This document shows, in pieces, positions 51,926 through 61,540 of a stretch of 64,000 nt of DNA. The stretch comes from an uncultured Pseudomonadota bacterium (GTDB lineage: Bacteria; Pseudomonadota; Alphaproteobacteria; Acetobacterales; Acetobacteraceae): NCBI GenBank assembly GCA_963791885.1, contig CAWBUL010000005.1, positions 1,942,356-2,006,355 of the forward strand. The letters are read 5' to 3'. The notes beneath the pieces were generated by a model that was not told where the DNA came from, made no database searches, and saw only the letters and a list, made by a program, of their open reading frames with translations. Every line of letters begins with the position of its first letter. The first letter of the stretch is position 1. A program made the position numbers and the translations under genes.

Positions 51926-52638
51926 CTAACCGACCCGGTAAAGCTCCTCAACATACCCAGGACGCATCCAAGAGCGATGTCGAGAGACAAGCTGATAACC
52001 CCCGGCAGATCCGGTTAGAGCCGATACCTTACCTTGCGACCAGTCCCCCACTTCGTTGCCGGATTCCTGATTAATGCTGAGGAAGAGTTGTATACCGAGC
52101 TTCTTTGCATCAACTAAATACGAAATGGCCGCTTGAGTCTCAATTTCCGGAAGCGAGTTTACATTGAGCAACAGGTCGGACGGCTGGACATGTGGGAGTG
52201 AGGCATATTCCCACGGAGCGGCGAGAAACACAGGCGCAGTCTTGGGCTCGCCGTACAGTCGTAAGTCGGACTCTTCGCTCAGCACAAATCCTTGGCACAA
52301 CGCGACGGTCGGCAGATCAACAATCATATACCGTTCGACACCGAACCGACGCGCATACGATGCAGTGAGGGCTGCGCCTCCACCAATTTCAACAATACCG
52401 TTTCCACCTGAAACTTTCAGGATTTGCTTGGCTCGCACGGCTGCGTACAGGCAATCAAGGATACGGTGACTGAATACTCCGAAAGGTGATCCAAGCCCCC
52501 AATAGCTGCCGAGGTAGCGCGGCGGAGAGATATCAATCGCGAGTGTCTTACTAATTTTAGCCAGAAGGTCGTCAATCGCTGTTTGTGCATTTTCGCCCCA
52601 AGGGCCCTGTTCTGGATTCTCGACCTGGACGCAACCTA
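51926..52638 (-). pseudogene. Class I SAM-dependent methyltransferase (sugar O-methyltransferase-like), C-terminal part split off by IS630 copy 2
   Basis: The reading frame is open from 52636 (GCVQVENPEQGPWGENAQTAIDDLL...). It contains ILKVSGGNGIVEIGGGAAL (SAM motif I) and the stop at 51926. Confidence 0.65.
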
Positions 52639-53776
52639 GTGCTCTGACTCATACGGACGATGCAGGCAATCTTTCGAGCTTGGCAAGGATTGAGGCGGTG
52701 GCTGCGGTCCAGACGAATGGGCGTGGTTCTGCATTTCGCTCAGCGAGGTAAGTCTTAATGGCAGCCTGCAGGCTGACGAGGGAGTGGAAGCTGCCGCGCC
52801 GGATGCGTTGTCGGGTAAGAGCGGAGAAGAAGGTCTCCACCGCGTTCAGCCATGACCCGGAGGTTGGCGTGAAGTGGAAGGTCCATCGGTCATGGCGTGC
52901 CAGCCAGGCCTGTACCTTTCGGTGCCGGTGGGTGGCGTAGTTGTCGACGACCGCATGGACCAACTTGCCGGACGGCACCTCGCGTTCGACGGCATTGAGG
53001 AAGCGGATGAACTCCTCGTGCCGGTGTCGCTGCATGCAGCGACCGATCACCGTACCCTTCAGCACGTTCAATGCGGCGAACAACGTCGTCGTTCCATGGC
53101 GTTTGTAGTCGTGGGTCATGGTGCCGCAGCGGCCGGGTTTCAGCGGCAGTCCAGGCTGGGTACGGTCGAGCGCCTGGATTTGGCTCTTTTCGTCGATCGA
53201 CAGCACCACCGCATGGGCGGGCGGATCGAGATAAAGGCCGATGATATCCGCCATTTTCTCAGCGAACTGCGGATCACGCGAGCGCTTGAAGCTGCGCACG
53301 CGGTGCGGCTGGAGTTGGTGCGCCGCCCAGATGCGCTGCACCGAGCGCAGCGACATGGCGGTGGCGTTTGCCATGGCTCGCCCGGTCCAATACGTGGTCC
53401 CAGGGGGCGGCTCGCCACACGTGAGCGCCACGACGTGCGCCACTTTATCGGCCGGGATCGGTCGTTTGCCGGGCTTGCGCGTCTTGTCACGCAGCAACCC
53501 GTCGGGACCTTCCTCGACAAAACGCTGCTGCCAGCGCCAGACCATGGGGCGGCTGACGCTGATCTCTTTCGCCACATGTTGCACCGGCCGACCACTGGCC
53601 GAGGCCAGAACGACTCGGGCTCGCTCGATGTATTTGCCCGCTCGGTTGCGATCCGATGCTATTGCCTTAAGCCGCTTCCTGTCTGCCGCGCTCAACAACA
53701 CGCATACTGTCTGTGCCATGCTCACAGAATCGCATGGCAACCGCATGTTGTGAATCGATAGAATGCGTCAGAGCAA
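52639..53776 (-). mobile_element. IS630-family insertion sequence, copy 2 (1138 bp)
   Basis: Flanked by TA at 52637-52638 and 53777-53778. It is nearly identical to copy 1. Confidence 0.9.
52649..53746 (-). CDS. IS630-family transposase
   Basis: 365 aa. It differs from copy 1 at 3 positions: F7S in the leader upstream of the likely true start, plus A75V and V350A. Confidence 0.9.
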   Translation of the reverse strand: MRLPCDSVSMAQTVCVLLSAADRKRLKAIASDRNRAGKYIERARVVLASASGRPVQHVAKEISVSRPMVWRWQQRFVEEGPDGLLRDKTRKPGKRPIPADKVAHVVALTCGEPPPGTTYWTGRAMANATAMSLRSVQRIWAAHQLQPHRVRSFKRSRDPQFAEKMADIIGLYLDPPAHAVVLSIDEKSQIQALDRTQPGLPLKPGRCGTMTHDYKRHGTTTLFAALNVLKGTVIGRCMQRHRHEEFIRFLNAVEREVPSGKLVHAVVDNYATHRHRKVQAWLARHDRWTFHFTPTSGSWLNAVETFFSALTRQRIRRGSFHSLVSLQAAIKTYLAERNAEPRPFVWTAATASILAKLERLPASSV

Positions 53777-54406
53777 TAGGTATTCAGCAAGCGAGAGAAT
53801 GCGATCCATAGACAACATTGAAATGTCTTGATGATAGTCAAGAACTTCCCTCCGCGCGGCATCATGATGTCCGGAACCGGCGACAAATCCGTGAGAGAGA
53901 TCGGTCTCGCCTAGCCGCGCTAGATAGCGTCCGAGGTTCGTCAGATCACCTCCAGCCGCCAGTTCGGCCACTTCGCCGTGACGCTCGCTCACAATAGCTC
54001 CCCAGATAGGTCCCAGCTCTCCTGATGCACGTTGCATTGCTTGCCGAAACGCGGAGGCCAATCGGGCCAAGAAATCAACGTCCGGCAACGGTGTCGCGGG
54101 CTGGTATGTGAGCCTCTGTGGCCGATTTAGTATTTGTATCAGGTAGGGATGAGTCAGGTGAGAGGTGACGTTTAGGTAAGGATTATTCAGGTGAGAGGTA
54201 AGGTGGCTTTCTCGCCCTCCTAACGCACGAGCCATTTGCCGCGTCAATTCTTTCAGAGTGTCGCGTTCGGCAGCAATCGTATCGCGTTCGGCAGCAATCG
54301 TATCGCGTTCGGCAGCAATCGCATCGCGCTCGGCCGCTATGATGTCGCGCTGATAAAAAGGACGGCGCACGAGTGGGAGGCGCCGGTGTAACTGGAAAGG
54401 GATCAT
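53777..54406 (-). pseudogene. Methyltransferase gene, N-terminal part (209 native codons)
   Basis: MIPFQLHRR...four AAERDxI heptads...DRILSLAEY, after which the frame runs into the IS630 end. Joining it across one TA copy to 52636 is in frame. Confidence 0.6.
54258..54341. repeat. Four tandem 21-bp units (encode AAERD[A/T]I heptads)
   Basis: GTRTCGCGTTCGGCAGCAATC occurs three times (54258-54320), followed by one diverged unit (54321-54341). Confidence 0.85.
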
Positions 54407-54876
54407 TCTTGCCCCGAGAATCGATAAACGTGAGGCGGTTTACATGCACGATGAAGCAGCACAATATCACGCTGACAGAAAGTCGCTGCAGTGATGATAA
54501 GCTCGGATGTCCTCCGAATTGCCGTCGAACCGGTCCATGTCAGCCAGGATGAACACATTCCCCTGACCTCAGCGCGCGACCACAGGAACTGTCTGTCTCG
54601 CAGCTTCAGTTGGCCCTCCTCGGGCCTCAGTTCCTGAATGCTGACAGCGTCGGCTCCCATCGGCGCGGCAGCAGCATTCGACAGTGCGATCACACAAGGC
54701 CTGTGCCTCATGCTCGCCGACGACTCGGCGCTGATCGACCGGAACCCTCGCATCGACGCAAGCTCGACGGCAAGCTGTGCTGTCCGGTAATGGGCGGTGC
54801 GCACGAAGGCCAGGAACGCGGTGAGGAATTCCAAGCAGTCGTCCCCAAAACCTATCGGATGCAATCTCGTGCCCAC
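54403..54876 (-). CDS. Hypothetical protein (possibly the tail of a degraded longer gene)
   Basis: 157-aa ORF whose stop overlaps the downstream ATG (ATGA). Upstream ORF pieces in other frames (54852..55055 and 55009..55191) suggest frameshifts. No family recognised. Confidence 0.3.
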   Translation of the reverse strand: MGTRLHPIGFGDDCLEFLTAFLAFVRTAHYRTAQLAVELASMRGFRSISAESSASMRHRPCVIALSNAAAAPMGADAVSIQELRPEEGQLKLRDRQFLWSRAEVRGMCSSWLTWTGSTAIRRTSELIITAATFCQRDIVLLHRACKPPHVYRFSGQE

Positions 54877-55266
54877 TGCGAGGCGCGGGACGTCAGGAAG
54901 ACCGCCGTCAAGGCATCGAAGGGGTTGGCCTCCGTTTGCCTTTCCGACAATGGCGGCTCGAGCCGTCGCGCACTCGTCTCAAGGCACAACAACACCTGGC
55001 CAAGCGCATCAGCGTCCGGAGGCGGCCGTCGGAGCAGGCGCAAGGGCTTGCTCAATCGAATGGGTTATTGCCGCTTTCGGCAAAAGCAGCGAAGCCGTTT
55101 CCATCGAGACGAGTTCCAATAAAGCCGTGTTGGAAGCGTACGCGAAGGCCGCGTGCTGGCTCACGTCGTAATGAAGGCCGTTGTTTCGCAAGCCGCGAAG
55201 CCACGGTATGGCTGCTCTGTTGCGTCGCTCCGGCCAATCCTGGGCAATATGGATCTGATGTCGACG

Positions 55267-55558
55267 TCAGAACACCAGTTGCTGCCACGCCCCGTACTCG
55301 ATCGCACCGTAAATCCGCGGCAGCACGATCCCCTGAATCACCTGGATCAGGATCACCGCGATCCATGGGCTGATATCGATCCCACCCAGATAGGGCAGAA
55401 AGTTACGGGTGGGACGAAGCACCGAATCCGTCAGCCGGTACAGGAAATCGGCGATCGACCAAACAATGCGATTGCGGCTGTCGAGGATGCCGAACGCGAT
55501 GAGCAAACTCATCACCGCGGAGATGATGATCGCCCATTTGAAAATGCCCAGGGCGTAC
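55267..55558 (-). CDS. YggT-family membrane protein, 5' end abutting/truncated at IS630 copy 3
   Basis: LRPTRNFLPYLGGIDISPWIAVILIQ is the YGGT motif. The frame stays open upstream (YALGIFKWAIIISAV) right up to the IS630 target TA. Confidence 0.5.
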
Positions 55559-55570
55559 TAGTGCTCTGAC

Positions 55571-56633
55571 TCATACGGACGATGCGGGCAATCTTTCGAG
55601 CTTGGCAAGGATTGAGGCGGTGGCTGCGGTCCAGACGAACGGGCGTGGTTCTGCATTTCGCTCAGCGAGGTAAGTCTTAATGGCAGCCTGCAGGCTGACG
55701 AGGGAGTGGAAGCTGCCGCGCCGGATGCGTTGTCGGGTAAGAGCGGAGAAGAAGGTCTCCACCGCGTTCAGCCATGACCCGGAGGTTGGCGTGAAGTGGA
55801 AGGTCCATCGGTCATGGCGTGCCAGCCAGGCCTGTACCTTTCGGTGCCGGTGGGTGGCGTAGTTGTCGACGACCGCATGGACCAACTTGCCAGACGGCAC
55901 CTCGCGTTCGACGGCATTGAGGAAGCGGATGAACTCCTCGTGCCGGTGTCGCTGCATGCAGCGACCGATCACCGTACCCTTCAGCACGTTCAATGCGGCG
56001 AACAACGTCGTCGTTCCATGGCGTTTGTAGTCGTGGGTCATGGTGCCGCAGCGGCCGGGTTTCAGCGGCAGTCCAGGCTGGGTACGGTCGAGCGCCTGGA
56101 TCTGGCTCTTTTCGTCGATCGACAGCACCACCGCGTGGGCGGGCGGATCGAGATAAAGGCCGATGATATCCGCCATTTTCTCAGCGAACTGCGGATCACG
56201 CGAGCGCTTGAAGCTGCGCACGCGGTGCGGCTGGAGTTGGTGCGCCGCCCAGATGCGCTGCACCGAGCGCAGAGACATGGCGGTGGCATTTGCCATGGCT
56301 CGCCCGGTCCAATACGTGGTCCCAGGGGGCGGCTCGCCACACGTGAGCGCCACGACGTGCGCCACTTTATCGGCCGGGATCGGTCGTTTGCCGGGCTTGC
56401 GCGTCTTGTCACGCAGCAACCCGTCGGGACCTTCCTCGGCAAAACGCTGCTGCCAGCGCCACACCATGGGGCGGCTGACGCTGATCTCTTTCGCCACATG
56501 TTGCACCGGCCGACCACTGGCCGAGGCCAGAACGACTCGGGCTCGCTCGATGTATTTGCCCGCTCGGTTGCGATCCGATGCTATTGCCTTAAGCCGCTTC
56601 CTGTCTGCCGCGCTCAACAACACGCATACTGTC
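55571..56633 (-). pseudogene. IS630-family transposase lacking its first codons (IS3 insertion at codons 3-4)
   Basis: The track ORF 55571..56731 reads native sequence from QTVCVLLSAADRKRL onward. Its first 34 residues are translated from the IS3 end. Confidence 0.85.
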
Positions 56634-56696
56634 TGACCCTGCCCCCTGAAATGTCCCCGCTCTGAGCTAGAGTCCGTTCCCGCCAGGAGACGGAAG

Positions 56697-56963
56697 ATGA
56701 GGAAGAGCCGGTTCACTGAGGAGCAGATCATCGGTGTGCTGAAAGACCATCAGGCAGGACTGCCGGTAACGGAGCTGTGCCGCAAGCACGGGATCAGCGA
56801 CGCGACGTTCTACAATTGGCGCTCGCGCTACGGCGGGATGGAGATCTCGGACGCCAAGAGACTGAAGGCTCTGGAAGAGGAGAACCGCAAGCTGAAGAAG
56901 CTGCTGGCGGAATCGGTGCTGGATGTGGCGACGCTGAAGGAAGCCTTGGGAAAAAACTTCTGA
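56697..56963 (+). CDS. IS3-family transposase OrfA
   Basis: Identical 88-aa product to the 8816..9082 ORF. Confidence 0.9.
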   Translation: MRKSRFTEEQIIGVLKDHQAGLPVTELCRKHGISDATFYNWRSRYGGMEISDAKRLKALEEENRKLKKLLAESVLDVATLKEALGKNF

Positions 56964-57808
56964 CGCCCGGCTCGCGGCGGAAAGCTGTGATCTGGGCGAT
57001 TGAAGAGAAGAGCTATTCGCAGCGGCGTGCCTGTTCGCTGCTGAGCATTGCACCGAAGGTGTTCCGTTACCTATCGCGCCGTGGCGGCGACGCTGCGGTT
57101 CGCACGCGGCTCCGCGCGTTGGCGGCCGAGCGGCGCCGGTTCGGATATCGGCGTTTGCATATTCTGCTGCGGCGAGAAGGGATCATGCTAAATCACAAGA
57201 AGCTGTTCCGGCTCTACCGCGAGGAACGACTGGTTGTGCGGCGGCGTGGCGGTCGCAAGCGGGCTTTGGGAACGCGCGCGCCAATGACGTTGCCACAGGG
57301 TCCGAACCAGCGCTGGAGCCTGGACTTCGTCTCCGACGTACTGGCCGACGGCCGCCGCTTTCGGGTGCTTGTGGTGGTGGACGACTTCACCCGCGAATGC
57401 CTGGCGCTGGTGGTGGATACATCGCTGTCCGGTCGCAGGGTGGTGCGCGAACTCAATTACATCGTAGAACGGCGCGGCGCCCCCTTGCTGGTGGTCAGCG
57501 ACAACGGGACCGAGCTGACGTCGCATGTGGTGCTGAGTTGGCGGCAAGATCGCGGTGTCGGCTGGCACTACATCGCCCCCGGCAAGCCAGTGCAGAACGC
57601 ATTCGTCGAGAGCCTGAACGGTCGCTTGCGCGACGAATGCCTCAATGAGCACGTCTTCCAGGGCTTGCCCGCAGCCCGGAGGATCATCGAAGCTTGGCGG
57701 GCCGACTATAATGCCCATCGGCCCCACACCAGCCTGCGTGGACTTACTCCGAACGAGTTCGCAACCCGGTCCAGGACGGACCACAACCAGAACGGATTCT
57801 GGTTATGA
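56951..57808 (+). CDS. IS3-family transposase OrfB (-1 frameshift product)
   Basis: Within OrfB proper it is identical to copy 1 except for H to Y in ELN[H/Y]IVERRG. One further nucleotide difference (I16L in the track ORFs) lies upstream of the frameshift site in the orfA overlap and leaves OrfA unchanged. Confidence 0.85.
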   Translation, partial: KKLLTPGSRRKAVIWAIEEKSYSQRRACSLLSIAPKVFRYLSRRGGDAAVRTRLRALAAERRRFGYRRLHILLRREGIMLNHKKLFRLYREERLVVRRRGGRKRALGTRAPMTLPQGPNQRWSLDFVSDVLADGRRFRVLVVVDDFTRECLALVVDTSLSGRRVVRELNYIVERRGAPLLVVSDNGTELTSHVVLSWRQDRGVGWHYIAPGKPVQNAFVESLNGRLRDECLNEHVFQGLPAARRIIEAWRADYNAHRPHTSLRGLTPNEFATRSRTDHNQNGFWL

Positions 57809-58624
57809 GTGAGGACAGTTTGGGGGCAGGGTCATGTCTGTGCCATGCTCACAGAATCGCATGGCACCGCATGTTGTGAATCGATAGAATGCGTCAGAGC
57901 ACTAGGGAAAGTGGATGTCGCATAGACCGATAATGTTCTGCGACCGCGGTCGGGGGCATTTCCCGCCCAGACGTGCAGCGGGGACGCGTCGGCGCCGGCG
58001 AGAGCACCGGCGAATACGCCCGTGACGCCCCGAATCCACTGCCGCTGAGAAGTAGTGAGCCGACCGATCGCACTCTCTCATGCAGTGAGAACCAAGCCTC
58101 GCGCCGTGTTGAGAACAGCGGCGCTGAACGGAGCGCCCCAGCCTCAGAATGGGCCAGCCCAGGGGATTTCCGCGCAATACGCGCGTGCGCGATACATGTC
58201 GGTAGAATCCGCGCCCGAACTTCCCACTCCACGGTTTTTGGGGTGGGTACAGCCGTCTACGAACGTCCCACAATCGGTGGCCACCACGAAATCGTCGTAG
58301 CCGGCGTCGATCAAGCGCGCCCTCGAAGAACGTGGCGCATCCCGCGCTCCTGGCGGAGAAAATGCACCATCTGGGGGTCACAGGCGCCCTCGTTATGCTC
58401 CGTTGGCTCGTTGGGGTCGTTGGCGTCTGGCATCCTCGGCTCCGCTTCTGGCGCGCCTGATTAGCCCCTGCCAGAGCCTATCGGCTTCCTGTACCCGGAT
58501 CTCGGGCGCGTCGCAGGGCTCGGGGGCGGGCCTTCCAGCGGGCCGACGATGGCGGCCAGCTTAGGGTGGTTCGGGTTGGTTGGTGGGCTTGCGGATGCGG
58601 CGCGGGACACGGGGGCCGCTCCAC

Positions 58625-58668
58625 GGATGTAGCTGCGGACTGCTTCGGATGTAGCTGCGGACTGCTTC
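58625..58668. repeat. Perfect 22-bp tandem duplication GGATGTAGCTGCGGACTGCTTC x2
   Basis: The units are 58625-58646 and 58647-58668, inside the 58461..58805 minus-strand ORF. The length is not a multiple of 3. Confidence 0.9.
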
Positions 58669-59656
58669 GGCCGGCCCATCAACCCTGGCGCTCCAATCCC
58701 GAGCATCTCCCTACGCTCATGTTCCATCCATCCGCGGATCAATTCAAGCTCCGGTGTCGGCACGACGTGCATCAATTCATTGCCTTCAGCGCTCCACAGG
58801 GTCATTCAATGCTGGACGGGCGGAAATCGGCAACGCCTGTCCTGTCGATCTGAGGCCACTCCTCAAGCCCACGCGAGCCAGACGGCTATATGTCCCCACA
58901 GACAGTTCACGATCCACCCCAAGGTCATATAAAGCCCGACGGTGATCATGAACAATGCCGTGCTGGTTCTTATGATCGACCAAGCATACCGTGAGCCTAA
59001 GGGCGGTTCGCCTCTCATAAGTCCCAAGTTCCCCGAGGCCTGGGTTTCGCCATCAGCCCAATGCGGCCGCCATCAGAGCAGTCTGGTCCCCAGAGCAGTC
59101 TTGATTTGACTTTGAAGCGGCGTTTCCTCAGACCAGCTTTCTCAAATTTAGTCCACTGGAATCAGCATAGAATAAATACCCGCATGGCTTGTGGACCAGC
59201 TTTGGGGTGCGTCGCGACTTCAACCGGCCACGCTGGCCCACATCCATAGCGTGTCCATCCAGCGGCTCGAAGGTGTTTTGATCGCGCATGAGCAGGAGTT
59301 CTTCCTGTTCGAGAGCAAGTTTCTTAACAATGTGATCTCTGGTTGAAAATCTGCCTGCGACCTGAACCTCATCTTGCCTTTTTGGAGATATGGTTCACTC
59401 AGACGTGACCTGTGTATCCAGAATCGACCGATGCGAAACGGAAGCAGGAATTGAGAGCAAAATGAAACTGTCTACAATGCTCGGCGAAGCGGCCCTTTCA
59501 CTTCGACAACCATTCATGCTCCCACCGGTCGCTCCCGGGGTGATCAGATCCGCCACCTTAACAACGCGCATCGCGCAACGCGGTTGTCGGGTTCTCACCT
59601 CGTGACGGCTGCATGCGAAGACCTCCCGCTACAGATCACGCCGAGCCGATGATGGT

Positions 59657-59857
59657 GTGGTCCGGCAGCAGCTGCGCGAACTGGCGGCACAACGTCGACG
59701 ATTTAGCTATCGCCACCTGGACATCCTGCGGACCCGAGAAGGCACCCGGGTGAATCACAGCGGCTGTTCCGAATTTACCACGAGGACCGGCTGGCGGTTC
59801 GCCGGCGGGGCGGACGCAAGCATGCTTTGGGCACGCCGGCGCCGATGGTGGTGCCGC
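59657..59857 (+). pseudogene. IS3-family transposase OrfB fragment (frameshifted)
   Basis: [33 protein letters not shown] parallels [33 protein letters not shown] of the intact copies. It continues in another frame as [14 protein letters not shown]. Confidence 0.65.
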
Positions 59858-59977
59858 AGCAACGCCGCGTTCCGCCAGGATCAGCTCGACGTCGCGCATG
59901 CTGAGACCGAACACGTGATACAGCCACACGGCATGGCTGATGATCTCGGCCGGAAACCGATGCCGAGGATACCTGGC
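59858..59977 (-). pseudogene. IS6-family transposase N-terminal fragment
   Basis: [35 protein letters not shown] matches the conserved N-terminus of IS6/IS26-type transposases as recalled from memory. Confidence 0.6.
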
Positions 59978-59980
59978 GGG

Positions 59981-60215
59981 CTCAAGCGCTTCGGGGAGAC
60001 CGAGGTGATCAAGCGCGTAAGTTTCGACGTAACGGATGGAGAGTTCGTTGTATTTGTGGGTCCGTCGGACTGCGGCAAGTCGACGCTGCTGCGGCTGATC
60101 TGCGGGCTCGAGAGCGCCACCGAGGGCGATATCCTGATCGATGGGCAGCGGGTGAAGGATTTGCCTACAGCGCGGCGCGGTTTGGCGCTGGTGTTCCAGT
60201 CCTACGCGCTCCGGC
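59981..60215 (+). pseudogene. Sugar-type ABC transporter ATPase (UgpC/MalK-like) fragment, about 80 codons
   Basis: [77 protein letters not shown]. It has a degenerate Walker A (SDCGKS) and lacks a start and everything after the Q-loop. Confidence 0.7.
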
Positions 60216-60593
60216 CCTGCACTGATGGCGCTTTGGCGCGAAGACAGAGGTCTTCTACACGATGGGCGAAGCCGAATGCGCACGCGGTGCATATGGATAA
60301 TGCACAGCGGTGATTAACTGCTACGGCGGTTTAGCTGGCAAAGTCGCCGTCAGCCTGCGTTTCAAATCCAGAGCAGGAGGCGCGAGTTGATGGAGAGGTA
60401 TGATTGGCCGACCACCCAACCTATGAAGAGAACATTCTCTATTTGATGATCGAACTCGCTCAAGCGCTCGCCCGCAGAACGCCGCAATGGGCTCCGGAAC
60501 AGATGGACCTCGCGAGGCAATTGCTGGCAAGCCTATTGGAGAGGATATTGGAGATCATGCCGAGTCATGTGACGGCGCAGCCGATCTAACAAC

Positions 60594-61034
60594 ATGACGA
60601 ACTTAGAGATCACATCCGAGGGTCTGGCCCGATTTTATATATCCCTTGGAAGCAAGGGCGTTGCGGAACTTACGAACGAGACCACAAGCGGCTCCTGGCT
60701 TCTCAGCCTCGGATGCCACAAGCACAAGGTCGGAGACATCGAGTTGCCCTGGCAAAAGGCGTTACAGCGGGCGCTCGACTATCTCGAGGCCATGCCCAAC
60801 GCTCAGGAAACCCACCACTATTCAGAGGTCGATAACTGTCTGACCGCTGACCCCGGCTGTCTCACCACGACAGGCGGGCGGTCTGACCAGCAAGCAAATC
60901 GCCCCGCGGCGGGGGTAGGACGCCTGCGGAAACAAGGCACCCCGAGCCACGGGACCGAGGCTGAGGGCAACGTGCACCGCGTCGATGTTGAGTATGAACG
61001 AATGCACCAACCGCGGGGGCCGTGCCGAAGCTAG
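60594..61034 (+). CDS. Hypothetical protein
   Basis: 146-aa ORF in lower-GC DNA, 4 nt after the 60404..60589 ORF. No family recognised. Confidence 0.3.
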   Translation: MTNLEITSEGLARFYISLGSKGVAELTNETTSGSWLLSLGCHKHKVGDIELPWQKALQRALDYLEAMPNAQETHHYSEVDNCLTADPGCLTTTGGRSDQQANRPAAGVGRLRKQGTPSHGTEAEGNVHRVDVEYERMHQPRGPCRS

Positions 61035-61090
61035 AGATCGGTCCAGGACGGAGGCTCCCCCGCTGTTCTCCTCCGTGCCGACGGCAACTT

Positions 61091-61120
61091 CCCCCCGGCC
61101 CTCCGGGGGCGGGGGGTTTT
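61091..61120 (+). terminator. GC-rich hairpin plus T run downstream of the 60594..61034 ORF
   Basis: CCCCCGG (61092-61098), loop CCCT, CCGGGGG (61103-61109), then a G run and TTTT (61117-61120). A second small hairpin GGGCC-TTCG-GGCCC follows. Confidence 0.35.
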
Positions 61121-61540
61121 CCGTGTCGGGGCCTTCGGGCCCTTGACCGGCGCCATCACCACACCACGGAAGGAACAGGACCATGGTCTGTTCACGTTAC
61201 ACGTACGTGCAGAGAGATGGCGCTGTGCTGATCGAGGATATGATCGGTCAGATCTGTGTTTCGGCGTGCAAATTTGACCCCAATGTGGGGTGCGCCCTGG
61301 GGGGTGGACAGGATCAAGCTGCAGTTTTGACCTCTGCCGGGCGTGGTGATCCTCGAACTGCACGGGCTGAGATATAGTCGCCTGTGAATTATCCGGAACC
61401 GACTGGGGCACAAGAGATTTGGGGCCGGACCAAGTAACCGTATTTGCCAGAAATCGGCGTCCCAGCCGGCGATTCCTTGCAAATTGCTCCGACGCGAGGG
61501 GGCGTGATTAGCTCTGTCCGACCGGTGCGGAGCAAGACCC

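Larger units (their letters stand above)
56634..57834 (+). mobile_element. IS3-family (IS407-group-like) insertion sequence, copy 2, 1201 bp
   Basis: It has the same ends as copy 1 and is flanked by a 4-bp direct repeat TGTC (56630-56633 and 57835-57838). The slippery AAAAAAC is at 56951-56957. Confidence 0.9.
55561..57902 (-). mobile_element. IS630-family insertion sequence, copy 3, disrupted by an IS3-family insertion
   Basis: Flanked by TA at 55559-55560 and 57903-57904. It holds 1137 bp of IS630 sequence (a 1-nt deletion near 57866) plus the 1201-bp IS3 element and its 4-bp duplication. Confidence 0.9.

Noticed and set aside
57905-58460. Coding potential directly right of the IS630/IS3 composite (track ORFs 57902..58381 -, 57973..58464 +)
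   Set aside because: Plausible-looking peptide stretches (for example IDAGYDDFVVATDCGTFVDGCTHP) are scattered over three minus-strand frames with stops between them, and none matches a family I recognise. This is probably a decayed gene, but no call can be supported.
54258-58668. Possibility that the tandem repeats (21-bp x4 at 54258, 22-bp x2 at 58625, 15-bp x3 at 10014) are CRISPR arrays
   Set aside because: The units are directly contiguous with no spacers, number only 2-4 copies, and no cas genes are present.
59060-59400. Minus-strand open frame without a start codon (…IVKKLALEQEELLLMRDQNTFEPLDGHAMDVGQRGRLKSRRTPKLVHKPCGYLFYADSSGLNLRKLV*)
   Set aside because: It looks protein-like but has no start codon before an upstream in-frame stop, and I recognise no family. 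It was noted as a likely gene remnant of the eroded island rather than annotated.
61031-61540. Structured GC-rich hairpins and the small ORF 61183..61377 as a possible retron, group II intron or ncRNA locus
   Set aside because: No reverse-transcriptase or maturase ORF is nearby, and no intron domain V-like motif is recognisable. The hairpins are adequately explained as terminator-like structures after the 60594..61034 ORF.
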